Source: Dudresnaya verticillata (taxonomy: Eukaryota). Taken from it: a stretch of 64,000 bases of DNA. Position 1 is the stretch's first letter; each line of letters begins with the position of its first letter. This document shows positions 44,647 to 57,092 of the stretch, in pieces. The stretch is from the NCBI GenBank assembly GCA_977862235.1, contig OZ374563.1, positions 1,302,001 through 1,366,000 on the forward strand, given 5' to 3'. The notes below the pieces were generated by a model. The model saw nothing but the letters and a program-made list of their open reading frames with translations, was not told the origin of the DNA and ran no database searches. The translations under genes were made by a program, and so were the position numbers.

Positions 44647-47600
44647 TCACCCGCGGCTGCGCGGCGTTGCATTCAGTCGCTCTTGCGAGTCGTCCGTGCT
44701 TCGCGGTGTCTCTGTGCCTCCTGCCGGGTCCGCCTGCGGCGTGTCTGGGTTTCCTGCTCCTTCGTCAGTTGACGTGGGGGTAGTGGGTCCCGGTACGTGA
44801 GGTGGCCCCGGTGGTTGCACGGTTGCGGGGGCGGTGTGCCCTGGTGGGGTTGGCGCCCATACCACGCGGTCCCGGGATAAACGCTCGCGTTCCCCGCGTC
44901 CCTTGTCGACGGTGACTGTCCCTTTGTCGACGTGAGTGACTCGATACGGTCCATCCGCCACTGGCGCGAGCTTGTGCTTGCGCTCTGAGCGATCGGTACT
45001 CCCGCCCCGGGCGAAGTATTCCTTCCGCACGAATGCAAAGTCGCCCACAGCGATGTTCTCCTTCGATTTCCGCAGACGAGTGTCGAAGTTCCGTTCGTAA
45101 CGCGCCTGCGTTTTCGCGAGCGACGCTTTAGCGGTTCCCATCAATGCGGACAGCCAGGTTCGCCATTTGGTGTAGTACTGTCCGGCAGTGGGCACGCTTT
45201 CGAGCGACGGTTCCGCTTCCAGCGACAATGGCCGCGGGGGCTTAGATAGCACCAGCTCGAATGGATCGAAGTTGGTGGACGAGTGCAGTTGCGTATTGTA
45301 CGCGAACGTCAGAGCATCGGTGAACAAATCCCAGTCCCTGGGGTGGTCTGCTACGTAGTGACGCAGGGAGGCGAGGATGGTTCGATTGAATCGTTCGACT
45401 TGGCCGTTACACTGCGGATGGTACGTAGTAGTGACGAGATTCTCCACCCCTAAGATGCGGCAGACGTCCTGGAACAACTTGGCTACAAATTGCGGCCCAT
45501 TGTCGGACAGCAGCTTCTTGGGTGGGCCATACACCAGCACCCAGTGTCGAACAAACGCTTGAGCGATTTCCAATGCCGTAATCTTACGTAGGGGCACCTT
45601 CCGGACCAGCTTCGAGAAGCGGTCTACGATGACGAGTAGAAACTTATTCCCCCGCTTAGTGCGTATGCGCTCCCTCAGTATATCGATGGACACAAACTCG
45701 AGAGGCTCGGTTGCTGGGAATAGTTTAATCTCCTTCACGTTCTTTCGCATCAGTACCCGGTTCCTCGCGCAAGTAACGCAGTTGCGGACGGTCGCGTAAC
45801 AATCCACCGACATAGACGGCCAATAATACTCACGTCGAAGCGTATGGTATAGCTTCCGTCCTCCGGGATGTCCTGCTAATTTAGCATGATGCCGGAGATG
45901 GAGCAATCGAACGCGTAACGCGGATGGTACAACGACTTGGGGTCGGGCCTCGACGGTCCGAACCAATAGTCCTTGTTCGTCCGTTGCAAACGGTAGGTTG
46001 TCCCCATCATCCAGACGTTTCCGGATCTCGGAACAGTAGGGGTCACGGCTCTGAACGTGCACCAACTCTTCATGCGTCAATTGACGGAGGAGCACTTCGT
46101 CCGCCGGTGGCGCGTTGGTAACCAACATCTGGTCATACTCCTCGAAGTCTCGTTCGGAGAAATCGACTTCGCCCTTGGCGCTTGACGTATCGCTTTCGGC
46201 GTGAGCGTAGCCGTCTGTAGTGCAACGATATTGCCCCTTTTCGTGTTACCACGTGATCAGCGCGTTACTCGCGAAGGTTTACACACGTGTGTTCGTTAGG
46301 TAGCACACGTGGCCACGCCGGCCCACTTCGGACGCGCGCAGCCCATTCTGGGCCTGCCCGCGCGCGCTCCTATTACTTACATTTCCCTTTACAGTAGTCG
46401 ACGCTCAGTGTACACTAGGTACACTGAGGTGTCAGTGTTAGTTTATTGTAGGTAGTGTATGGTAGCCCTAGCTATCCTACAGCCGTGGCCAGGGACTTAA
46501 GGCGAGTAGCGCCGGCCACCCTCAGTAAACCAACCCCCAAGCATGGGCTCTGCAGCTGAGTTCCCCCGCGCCTGAACCACGAGCTCGTTGCTCGGCGTCA
46601 CCGCGGGCTAAGGCTAGCGCAACCCGTGCCAACCGCCTGCCCGACGCTCCCTACGCGCACCTCCCTGCTGCTCCTCCCCGCGCCGCGCTCGGCTCCCTTC
46701 ATTTCCCCCGTTTCTACCTCTCCAGCACACCCCTTCCGGTCCTCCCCTTATCCCTTCATCCTCCCTTCACCTTTGGCGTCTACGCCCCTTCACTGGTGTT
46801 TACACCTACTGTTGGCGTCCACGCCCACACACAACCCGACGGTGTTTACAGTCTGCCGCCGGATTGCTTCCTAGCTCTACCACTGCGTTTACGCGATACT
46901 CACGCGTGATCGCGCAGCTACCCTCCCGAGCCCGAACTCTCGGGGGTGCTCTACAGCCGCGTACGGCCATTGCACCACACCGTCTTCCGACGAGTGATCC
47001 TCGTCTTTGACGCAACTTCCGTGGTAACACGGGATATCATCGTCGATCGGTTCGACCGTTTCGCCGTTCGTCTGTAGACGTGAGAGGGCATCTGCCTGAG
47101 TATTCAGGTATCCCTTTTTATACTTCACGACGAAGTCGAACTCAGAGAGGCGAAGACGCCATCTCATTAACCGTCCCGAGGGGTCGCTGATTTCCATTAG
47201 ACACCTCAATGACGAATGGTCCGTATGGACTACGAAGGACTCCATCTGAAGGTACGGTCGCAACGTCGTGATGGACCAGACTACTGCTAGGCATTCCTTT
47301 TCGGATACCGAGTAGTTGCGCTCCGGAGCGGTTAACGAGCGTGACCAGAAGCCAAGCGGCTTCCGTTCGCCGTCAGGTTGCGTTTGGAAGAGTGCGCAGC
47401 CAACTTGGTATTCGCTCGCGTCGCAATCAATGGAGTACGGGAGTCCTTGTTTTGGCAACGCCAGGATGGGCGGGTAAGTCACCGCTTCGACAAGCGTGCG
47501 GAATGCCCGAGCCTGCTCCTCGGTGAACGGTTGTAACCGGAATTCTTGCTCTTTCCTCAACAACTTGTTGAGGGGAGCGGCGACGTGCGCGTATCGCGAT

Positions 47601-49575
47601 ACAAACCGTCTGTAGACGTTGCACAATCCGAGAAAGCTCCGTAATTCCTTCTGGTCCCGCGGATGCTTGGCTTCGCGTAACGCGGCTGTGACCGTACGGT
47701 CTACTTCCAATCGTCCCGGACGTATCACATGGCCTAAATAGTTGACGGTCGGGGTGAAGAAGTCGCACTTGGTCAACTTCAATGTCACCCCGGCCCGATG
47801 CAAGGTCGAAAGGATCTCGTCAACATGACGGAAGTGACTGTCACTATCGTTCGAGAAGATGATCACATCGTCAAGGTAGACGAGGCATGAGCGCCACTTA
47901 TAACCAGCAAGCAGGATATCGAGGGTCCGTTGAAACGTGGCTAGGGCGTTAGTAAGTCCGAAGGGCATACGCTTGTAGCGGAATAATCCGGCATGGCACG
48001 TGAACGCCGTCTTGTCGCGATCTCGCGGATTGATGGGCACCTGCCAGTAACCATTATTGCAGTCTAGGGTAGTGAAGACGTTCGCTTCCCCTAGACTGTC
48101 AATACATTCGTCGATTCGCGGGAGGGGGTACATATCCCGTACCGTTACTGCGTTCAAGCGACGGTAGTCAACGCAGAAGCGGAGTGTACCGTCCTTCTTG
48201 GGAGCAAAGACGACCGGTGACGCCCATGGCGATTGTGCGGGTTCGATAACCCCCTGACGCAACATGCGATCAACCTCCGCTTGAGCGAGTTGCCTTTGCT
48301 TGGGGCCAGCGCGGTAAGGCGGGGATGAAATCGGCCTGGAGCCGGGGAGCAAGTCAATATAGTGCTCCGTGGTTGCGATTTCTCCTAACGAACCGTCCCA
48401 CATCGACGAGTACCTGCGCAGCATCTCCTTCACCCGTCCTTGATGTTTGGCTGAGAGATGACTCAGGTCCAACTCGTCCACTGGCGGAGGTTTAGCTACA
48501 GTTGCTTCGATCGACTTAGCGAATGTATCCGGCTGCGCCGTCACCCCATCGTTCGTTTGAAAACGGAAATCTTGATTCGCTTCCTCCTCCTTTGCCTGCT
48601 CCTCGGTGATACCTAGGACATCGGCCAGACTTATGTGACTGGGGAACACTGCTGTGGGATGTGGCAACGCGGTGGCGACGACTTGTCCTTTGACGAGCGC
48701 TTGCGGGCGCGGGGAGAAATTTGCGACGAGAATCCGGAACACTCTCAGCGGCTCTACTTGAGCGACTCCGTTAGTAACGGCCAAAGCTTGCCGATCATAT
48801 AACGTTCCAAATGGTTGGATGGTAATGACCCCTGCTCGCTCGGTCGTTACCGAGATCCACTTTTGCGCCTGCGGCGGGATGATCGTTCGTTCCGCAACGC
48901 GTATTTTGGGCGACGTTCGCCCTTCGGCCGTGCCGTACTCTTGTTCCGTTGGCAACGGGGGGTACGACGGAGGCCGGCGCAGCGGGCGGCGCGTTATAGG
49001 GACACGGGTCCCGTCGTCGAGCTCAATCTCGCGACTCCGCGGATAAATCGCTTCGACGAAGCGGTCGCAAAAGTCGTAACCGAGTATAACCGGCGCAGCG
49101 AGCCGTTCGCAGACGATCAACTCCAACTTGACGACCCTTCGTCCGAGACGTACGACTAAGTCGATAGTGCCCCGGGTCTGAATCGCATTGTTGTTAGCGT
49201 CTGATATGACGGGGAGACTCTTAGATACGATCCGTGATCGCGCTTCTAGCGGAATATCGTCAATACGGATGAAATTCGGACCAGCCCCCGTGTCGAGGAC
49301 AGTGAGTTTACGTGCCAAGGTACCTACAGTTACGCCTAGATCGGCGTACACTTTGTAGTTCCTTTTGGCCATTACGAACAACTGTCCCCGGGCTTGTGGG
49401 GGCTGGCACCTACGCCAGGGGCGCTTCAAGGACGTCTGTGACGAGTCTACCCGCCCATCGGCGTATTTGTTAACTAAGTTCGGGCCCTCCTTCCGTGTCA
49501 GCACCCGAGGCGGGAGCCTCTCTGCTTGGTGCGACACCCCAGTGTCAGGAGTTGGTACCCTCCTTAGTTTTTCGC
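44647..49575 (-). pseudogene. pol: pol of element A (protease, RT, RNase H, integrase), interrupted by a solo LTR
   Basis: LDTGAG, YLDD, CDAS, HH-CC zinc finger, SDNG..GQVERFN and GPY. Removing 46216-46984 restores the frame (..SSEDGYAHAES..DQMLVTN). Confidence 0.93.
46216..46979 (+). mobile_element. Solo LTR inserted in pol of element A
   Basis: Termini TGTAGTGCAA..TTGCACCACA; TSD CCGTC at 46211-46215 and 46980-46984. Orientation is inferred from the shared CCGAGCCC(C)GAACT motif near its right end. Confidence 0.9.
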
Positions 49576-52122
49576 CTGTGGCGGTTGTAGCGGCGCTGTG
49601 TAGCGATTAACCACCGTCGGATGACGCTCCGCTGCATGCGGCATAGGTCCGCCTCGTGGCGACGGCGGGCGCGCTGTACGGCGTGCTGCTTCGCGCGCAG
49701 CGCGTTCCTTGTACCGATTGTACGCATCGGCGGGGACCCCCGCCTTCTCGGCGTCTCTTAAGCCTTCGTAGTTGGCGATCGCTTTCATATACTCGCTCAT
49801 GCGGAGGAAGCAGTCCGGTGCGATGTGTCCACGGGCATAACACTGATGACAGATCAACTGTCTGCGAGCGTCTTGACGGAGCGGGCCCCTGTCTTGCCAA
49901 CCTGGCCTCGCCCGATGGACGTGGGGGGCATACTCCGAATACGGGACGCGTGGCGCGGGCACGACGGAATGCCCAAAGGCGAGTGCAGGATTCATTGCCT
50001 CTGTGTCCTCGTCTTCGACGTAGCTGTCCGTTGGTAACGCTGAAGTTGGCACTGATGCTTGTTCGTCAGCCAAATAGAGATCGCCATCGGCGTGTGTTTC
50101 CATATCGTCCGCATGACGGGTGACATCACGGAACTCAACGGAGGACTCCGCTATCATAGCGCGCGCGGTAGGTTTCGTGCCCCTCGTCTGCTGACGTAGA
50201 ACCGTTCGGTTGCCGCCAATGGCGGGGCGCAATGCGCGAGCGGCTTGGGCCGGGGCCAATATATCCCGTCTGACTGACGTCGAGGCGGCTCTGCCGTGTC
50301 TTGCGCGTTGCGCGTCACCTTCTTCCTGCGCGAAGTGGACTAAACGTTCAAAAGATAACTCCGCCCTCGGCGTTTCTTCGCGGAAGCGGGCCACTAAGGA
50401 CCTGATCGTCGGGTCTAACCCATCGATGTACAGTGTCATCTTTTCCCATTCGGCATAAACGTTACCGCAACGAATGCATGCGCCGGCGAGTCTCATGCCG
50501 TAAGTCGTTTCGTCTTCGCCCTGCTTCTGACTAGTTGACCACAGGGCGAGGACAGCGTCTCGAATCGCCGAAGGCGTGGCATACGTGCGGAGTAGGTAGT
50601 GCACCGCCTCCGGGTACGATGATACGCCGCCGCGGTGGCGGGAGGATGTCGATTTGACGGAGCGGAATTGCGTGGCTGCCGTGCCCTTTAAGAAGTACGG
50701 CAGCGCGACGAACGCTTGTGCTTCGCTCATCTCTAGCGTGTCCGCTTCATCCGCGAACCGCGTTAAGAATTCGAGGACCATGACGGGGTCGCTGCCGTTG
50801 AAGGCGGCGTCCTTCATCGTTAACTCGAGTCGCTTGATATGGTCTTTGACCTTCCCGGTTTCGCGACCGGAGCGCTTCTGTCCTACGTCTTGGAGACGGT
50901 ATGTGCGGTACGATAGTAACTAGTCGAAGAGAGGATTGGAGGGGCTCAGCTCCTTCAGTCCCTTGTATCGCTTTCCGCGGGGTCGCATTGCACTGCCGTG
51001 AGCCACGTAGTCGTCATCGTCCGACGACGAAGAGTCTGTTGACCCGCCGTCACTAGACGTGTCTGAAGAGGATGAGGATGAGTCCCCTCGTCGGCGACGG
51101 TTCTTCTTCCGTCCATGACGCGACTTGCGGCGTTTCTTGCCCCGTATCTTGCGATCTTTGCGTCGTCGACGGTCTTCTTCGGAACTATCGTCGTCGGACG
51201 GCGGCCCTTGGCGCCATTTGGCGGTTTCCAGTCGCTCTAAGCGGGTTGCCAATTGTTGAAAACGTTCGCGTGAATTCAGTTCCGACTGGGACTGGACCGT
51301 CAACGCCGTTGGCTGCTGAGCATCTACCCCTTGGTTGGGGTTCGTCATTAGACGGTCGAGGTCGGAACGGAGTCCTTGAAGGGTACCGTCCCGATCTTCT
51401 TCCAACGTCTGTAGACGGCTGAAGATACTTCCGACATTGTCGTCGAGCATCTCCGCGAATCGAGCGAGTAAGTTACCGTCTTCGGCGACGCATACTTCCC
51501 GAATCCGCTCGCGAGGTATCGTGAGATTACCAACGCGAGCGGATGCTGGGGACGCCATTGGCGGTGTGTGCGCGGGGGTCGACGCCTGCGGCGGACCTCC
51601 CGTGCTGCGCGGTTGCGCTAACGGCCTGGCCGGTGAACACCCGGCACTGCCGTGGGGTGAGGGACAACAGCCCCTTGGGATTGGTGATTCGTCTACGACG
51701 TCGCGCCCTGCAGGGCGTCTTTGGTCGTCTTCGACGGGTATGGTTGGTTGGTGGACCGGAACTTCCGGCTGTTCTTCGACGATGTCGGCTTGGGCTCCGT
51801 CCTCGACGGGTCGCTGTTCGGCTTGTACCTTGTCAGCGGAATCCACGTGCGAGTGGTAGGTTCGGAGGGCCGATTCGTTGGGAACGGTGGTGCGGACGAC
51901 GACGGGTATCGGCGGGGGAGGTATTTCTCCCCTGTTGAGCGATATATGGGAGTGGTCGTGGCCTGGACCGGTCGGGAAGGCCGATGCGATCTCGGGGCTC
52001 ACGAGGCGCCCAGACCTCGTTGTCATCGGCTGTAGCGACCGCTCCGACGCGGGGACACTGCCCGGCGTCGATGACGGTCTTCTTGAACTGGGGCCTCGCG
52101 ACGGCGGCGGTCGTGAGGCCAT
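49564..52122 (-). pseudogene. gag: gag of element A with one in-frame TAG (50920-50922)
   Basis: The two ORFs are in the same frame. Capsid-like FNGSDPVMVLEFL..EAVHYLLRTYA and zinc knuckle CHQCYARGHIAPDC. Confidence 0.88.
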
Positions 52123-52229
52123 AATGCAGTCGTAGAGTTGCCTGAACGTCGTGGACGATTATCGATGGACGTCTAGAGACGGAAAGTCGGACGTCGCACG
52201 ACGGAGTAACTCGTTGAAACGTAGCACAC

Positions 52230-52247
52230 TTCTAGGTCGGGAGACCA
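52230..52247 (-). other. Primer-binding site of element A (tRNA-Tyr-like)
   Basis: TGGTCTCCCGACCTAGAA begins 2 nt inside the 5' LTR boundary. Confidence 0.75.
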
Positions 52248-52249
52248 GT

Positions 52250-53162
52250 TGTAGTGCAAAGCGTCTTTGACGGACACTGCCGAGCAGTTCGGGGCTCGGT
52301 GGTAGCGACGCCTGCGGCGATGAGTGGCCTCGCCGTGGGCGTCTGGTGGTAGAGCGGTTGACTCGCCTTGGGCGGACTGTAAACGCCCTTGGCGGAAAAG
52401 AAGAACAAAAGGAAACAGAGAAAGGAACACGTCAAGGACGATGGTAGACGTGGAAGAACGGGAGGTAGACGCTTAGCCGTAGGCAGCGGTAGGGTACGCG
52501 CGTGCTGAACGGGGAAGTCTGGACCAAGGCCGGCTTACCGGGGTTTACTGTGACGTCTGAGACGGATCAACTAAGTACAGGATTACCTAGCGGCGGCGAC
52601 GCGGATGTACGCGTAACGCGGGAACTCGGGACACGTGTTGTCCCGAGGCGCGTCTGACAGATCCGTCCGTCATGCAGCCGCGCTCCTGACAGATCACGCG
52701 TAGTTCCCCGCGCGAGTCCTTACACCTACACGTGGATCCTTTCCTTACAGCCGCGCGCGCGCCTCATGGCGCGAGCGATCTCGATCCATACCGATCCGGA
52801 TCCAGTCCGGATTCGGGCCAGCGATGCGGATGCGCCAGGCTTACAGGCGCGTGCCTTACACCCCTTAATCCCGATGTGGGATCCCGATGTGGGATCCCGA
52901 TTGGATCCGGATTCGGGCCACGCTTACAGCGAACGTTCCCGCCACTGCGCCACGCGCGCACGCGTGGCGCCGTACAGTGGCCGGGTTCAGGCGTGCGGTC
53001 TGCACGCCCAGCGAGCCGTTCTGGGCCAAGTGGCCAGGGGCATGCGTCGGTGACGTGTTTGCGCCGCGGGCGGGTTGAGCGCGCCGTTGGCGGTCGTCCG
53101 TCGGTAGACGCTGCATATCAACGCTTGAAAGCGAAAACGGGGGGACCCCCCCTGGCACTACA
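52250..53162 (-). repeat. 5' LTR of element A (913 bp)
   Basis: Termini TGTAGTGCAA..GGCACTACA. By eye it differs from the 3' LTR by about 7 substitutions and a 13-bp duplication (ATCCCGATGTGGG). Confidence 0.95.
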
Positions 53163-53367
53163 TTGCCTCCACATGACGGTTTCTCTGTGCGAGCTGGGTG
53201 GCGCCGCCCCTTTTCCCCCTTTTCCCCTTTTCGCTTAGGCTCTGTGCCTTTCAAAGACTCTACCATTCCCTTTTCCCGAGCTACCTCAGCTAGTGTGTTG
53301 TGCATCGTCAGGACAGCTGTCCTTGCCGGCTGGCGGGTTTCTGCCTTGACGGGCAATACTACTACAG

Positions 53368-53388
53368 TGGTCTCCCGATCTAGAATCG
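53368..53388 (+). other. Primer-binding site of element B (tRNA-Tyr-like)
   Basis: TGGTCTCCCGATCTAGAATCG, 1 nt after the LTR end CA. The complement reads as a tRNA T-loop, stem and ACCA end. Confidence 0.78.
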
Positions 53389-53873
53389 TTTTCAGGGTCG
53401 GCCCCTTCTTACTACCTCATCCGCAAGTCGTCGTTCGGACCTTCCCACGGGACGAGAATTCCCCGTGCAAGAATTCAAGGAACTACTTCCTGAGGGTGAA
53501 ATCCTAGTCGGCCAAGTGTCGACGGTTTCTCAGCTTCACATCAAGCTTCGAAGTTGCGTTAAATTCGAGGCAAGCAACTGCCACCGCTTCTGCGGTTTTT
53601 AATCGTGTACAAGGAACAAGATCCTGGTCGTGGAGTGACGCCCCTTCAAGGAACTCTTCCTGCAGGTTATCGTAATACCTGTCATCAAAAATACGTCTGA
53701 ATACGGGCTGTGCGGGCGCGCGCGTTGGGAGTTCCTCGCGGACAGAATCGCCCGTAACCCCGAGAACTACGGTTCTGAGAAGTTTGCCATCCTAGGGAGA
53801 AGTTCCCCGATTAGTGCAACCACAGGACCGAATCCTACGTTTTAAGGTTGTCGATAACAACCTCGTTTAGAAG

Positions 53874-56175
53874 ATGCCGACATCTAACGGTGAAACCACC
53901 CGCCCAGGCTTAACAAGCCGGGGTGGTAGCCGTACCGGCAGCTTATCCTCCGTGAGGACCACGGGAGCAAGAACCCGTGCTGTAATAGCCGCTTTGGCTC
54001 AAGGTCCTACAGTAGGAGAAGTGGAACGCCCGCCCCGAAATGCGGGCGCACCAGGAGACGAAGACCCGTCTGCCCATGGAAAGGGACAGATCCGTGAAGG
54101 AGAAAATACGGCCCGGACTGCAGCCGCAAGCACCGCCAACACCGGTGCGAATGAGGGTCCGGACCCTAGTATGCTGCCACCGCCGATGCTTCAAGCTGGT
54201 TACAGCCAGCACGACACAAGCGGACTGGCCTTAGAAGAAAAAACGACTTCATCGCTTCCACCCGATATCGGAATGCCGATGAGAACGAAGGCAAACTCAA
54301 GCGACCAACGGTGCTTTACGGAGCGTGAAATTGGTCACTTGGTTGAGACCGGCATCGAGAAGGCTCTCGGCACTAGCGTATTGGCGCTGCTTGAAAGCCA
54401 AGCGGATGAAACCCTCACACGGGTGAAACGCTATTTCGACGACGCCACCGCGCGTCGAGACGACCAGCTACTGGCTAAGTGCCAAGAAATGGTCAATTCT
54501 CGTTGCCAACAACGCCCCCTGAGGGGTTTAGAAGAGGAAAGGGTCGAGACCCTACAAGCCCAAGTGGACTCAATGGGGGACCAGTTGGAATCGGTTCATC
54601 TTGAATTAGATGAAGCCACGAAAGCTGCCGACCTTTCCAGGACAGAAGCCGCAATGGCTATTGTGGACGTTCAATTTAACGTGGACAACGCACGGTGCGT
54701 TGAACAGGACAGAGCCATCGAGGTCCAAAGGAAAGAACTCGATGAGGAGAAGCGTCGTGTCGCTTTTCTGGAATTGTAGATGCGGCGCGTAATCCGCGAG
54801 AGAGATAATATCCCTGAAGGCATGAGACGGCGCTCACCAGTGCCTCGCGGTACGCGCGACTGGCGTAGGAGGCTACCCCATAGGGGTTCGGACAGTGGGT
54901 CCCAAGGTGAAGGAGATGGAGGCCGTTGCCAACAGGGTTGCAAGTGCACGAGACCAATTGGGTCTTCTGCACACCGCGACCAAGTTGATTCTCATCGTGA
55001 CAGATATTCAAGCCATCGTCACGAGGAGAATCCTCGGTCAGGGTCTCACCCTAATCCGGGTCCCTCGGATGAAGAAGGACCGGGTTCCCGTTCGCATTCT
55101 AGACCGCCATGGTCTTCCTGGAGGGGTCCCCGACGTTCCGGTGTTAAGGAGCTGACTCCTAGGAATCCTGCCTTCATACAGGTGCTGTCCTATAGAAGGT
55201 ATAGGTTATTGAACCTGGATGATTACCGCGGGCCCGAGGTGACCGAGGCGACCACGAAGAAAATCAAACGTGTCAAGTCCGTTATGCGGAGTCGCCGTTT
55301 TGACAGGAGTGACCCGGTGTCCATTATTGGCTTCTTAGCCACGCTTAAGAGGCAGCTCGATCAAGCCCATATCAGCGAAGGTGCCGCTATCCTCGTCATC
55401 CCCGAGTTCCTCGAGAAGGATGCGAAGGATATATTTGAAGCGAATTTTGACGCTGCGGGTGACGACAATGGTGGTTTCATCGAATGGCCCGAAGCCGTGA
55501 ATTACCTTCTTCGGACATATGCCAAGGACGTCTATATTGAGAGGATTGCCTCTGAGATGGACACCATGGCGCAGGAGCCAGATGAGGACGAAGTAACCTT
55601 TTCGAGAAGGTTGCAAAACAAAGCGCGTCGAGTCGCTGGGGTGTACACCGAACAAGGCTTGATAACCAGGTTTATTCGGGGGTTGTTACCAGCGGTGAAG
55701 CCGCTTTTAAGTACGTCGTCATTGGACCCAAGGACGGCCAGACTGGCGGATTACGTCGAGCTTGCGACGGCACAGGGAGATTCCCATCGGGCACTAGTGG
55801 GTGGCGGACGAACGCCAAAAGCGAATAGGACGCTACCAAGGAAGACCTTAAAGAAGGTTCGTACCCACAAGTCAGGGCGGGCGCTCCTAATTCGCCAGGC
55901 AAAGGATGCATCCGCCTCCGATTCGGATACTTCAAAGAGCAGCGGCTCTGATGCGAAAAGTGAAGACGCAGTCGTAGCTGCCATCGCTAACGAAGCGCCA
56001 CCATCAACGGCGACCCAATCGGATTCGTGGTAGACACAGTATTACTACGACCAACCGTATCCCGGTGAAGCTGATGCGGTACTGCAGAACTACAGTAATA
56101 GGCTCCCAGCCTGGGCACAGCCAACCAGACTCAACGCCCTGGGTAGGTGACGGTTGAAGACCAACCCAATGATAT
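53874..56175 (+). pseudogene. gag: Decayed gag of element B, truncated by element C just before the zinc knuckle
   Basis: KELTPRNPAFIQVLSYRRYRL, FDRSDPVSIIGFL and EAVNYLLRTYA are homologous to A gag. Stops occur at 54777, 56031 and further downstream. Confidence 0.82.
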
Positions 56176-56950
56176 TGTGGTGCAATCCACTCGGTAGAAT
56201 TGAGGGTGCACCTCAGGCGGTTCGGGGGCCTGGCGGTAGCAGGTGAGGTAGTAGCGGTAGAGCAGGGGAGTAGCCCCGTAGTGCGACTGTAAAACACTAT
56301 AAGGCCGAGAAAGGGGGTTACCCTAGAAAGGAAGAGAAAAAAAGGGAAAAACAAGAGAAAAACAGGATTCTGTACGATGAAGAAGGGTAGCGGATGTACT
56401 GGAGTCCAGCCTAGAGAGGGAGTCGATAGGGTAGGAGGGTACGTCTCGCTGGGCCCAAACTTAGCCGTTTATTGTATGGGGGCGCACCTCAGGGCCCTAA
56501 TATACTATGTAGGAGGCGGGTGCGCCTTGGTGGCAGATTAAGGTAGGGGAAGGGGGCGCGCCACTTGGCATTACGTGGCAAGCGCAATTCTATAATTATC
56601 TAAAAATATCAACTGTCAGCCTAGCGGTAGTGCGGCTGAAAGGTGTGCGCCAAGGGGGCGCACGTGTGCACGTGTACGCGTTGTCGCGTTGCGGGGCCAT
56701 CCTTGCTAGCAGAGGGCGCCGCGTACTGTCAGGCCGGGTGCCTTACAGAGGCATTTCCCCATTAGCATTGCTGGTGCGTGCGCGTGGTGCCAGAGCTCAT
56801 TATAGAAATTGGCTCTGAGCTCAATCACCCGCACAGCGGTTGATCCGCAGGAACCGGCCGTTGGGCGTCCGTCGTCCGCAGTCGCGTAAGCCGCGGGTGG
56901 CGGCATTATGAAGAATTCTTCAGTAGGGCGCCAAGGCGATTTGCGCCACA
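56176..56950 (-). repeat. 3' LTR of element C (775 bp)
   Basis: Termini TGTGGTGCAA..TTGCGCCACA; preceded on the minus strand by PPT GGGGGGAGA (56951-56959). Predicted TSD GATAT. Confidence 0.8.
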
Positions 56951-57092
56951 TCTCCCCCCGTTAAGCGGCGAGTACCCGCACGAGCCCACAGGGACCACTT
57001 CCTTCTTCAGGCGTAAGTTGGCACGACGCCTCGCCATTTCATCTTGCGGGGGTCCGCTCATCGTGTGTGCACAGCGAAGCGGACGTGTTGCG

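Larger units (their letters stand above)
38278..53162 (-). mobile_element. Full-length Ty3/Gypsy chromodomain-carrying LTR retrotransposon (element A), now disrupted
   Basis: Two near-identical LTRs with TG..CA ends; TSD TTGCC at 38273-38277 and 53163-53167; domain order gag-PR-RT-RH-IN-chromodomain. Confidence 0.95.
37677..56175 (+). mobile_element. Ty3/Gypsy-like element B (5' part): split 5' LTR, PBS and decayed gag; interrupted by elements A and C
   Basis: The LTR ends ..ACTACA at 53366 and is followed by a PBS and gag. The LTR is split by element A at TSD TTGCC. The left boundary (TGTAAT at 37677, giving a ~800-bp LTR) is tentative; 37445 is an alternative. Confidence 0.65.

Noticed and set aside
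53368..53388. tRNA gene fragment
   Set aside because: Only the complement of a 3' end, including the CCA, sits next to an LTR. This is a primer-binding site, not a tRNA gene.
50920..54779. In-frame TAG codons in gag of A (50920) and B (54777) as programmed readthrough
   Set aside because: The stops fall at non-equivalent positions. B has Gln where A has the stop, and both elements carry other lesions, so decay is the simpler explanation.
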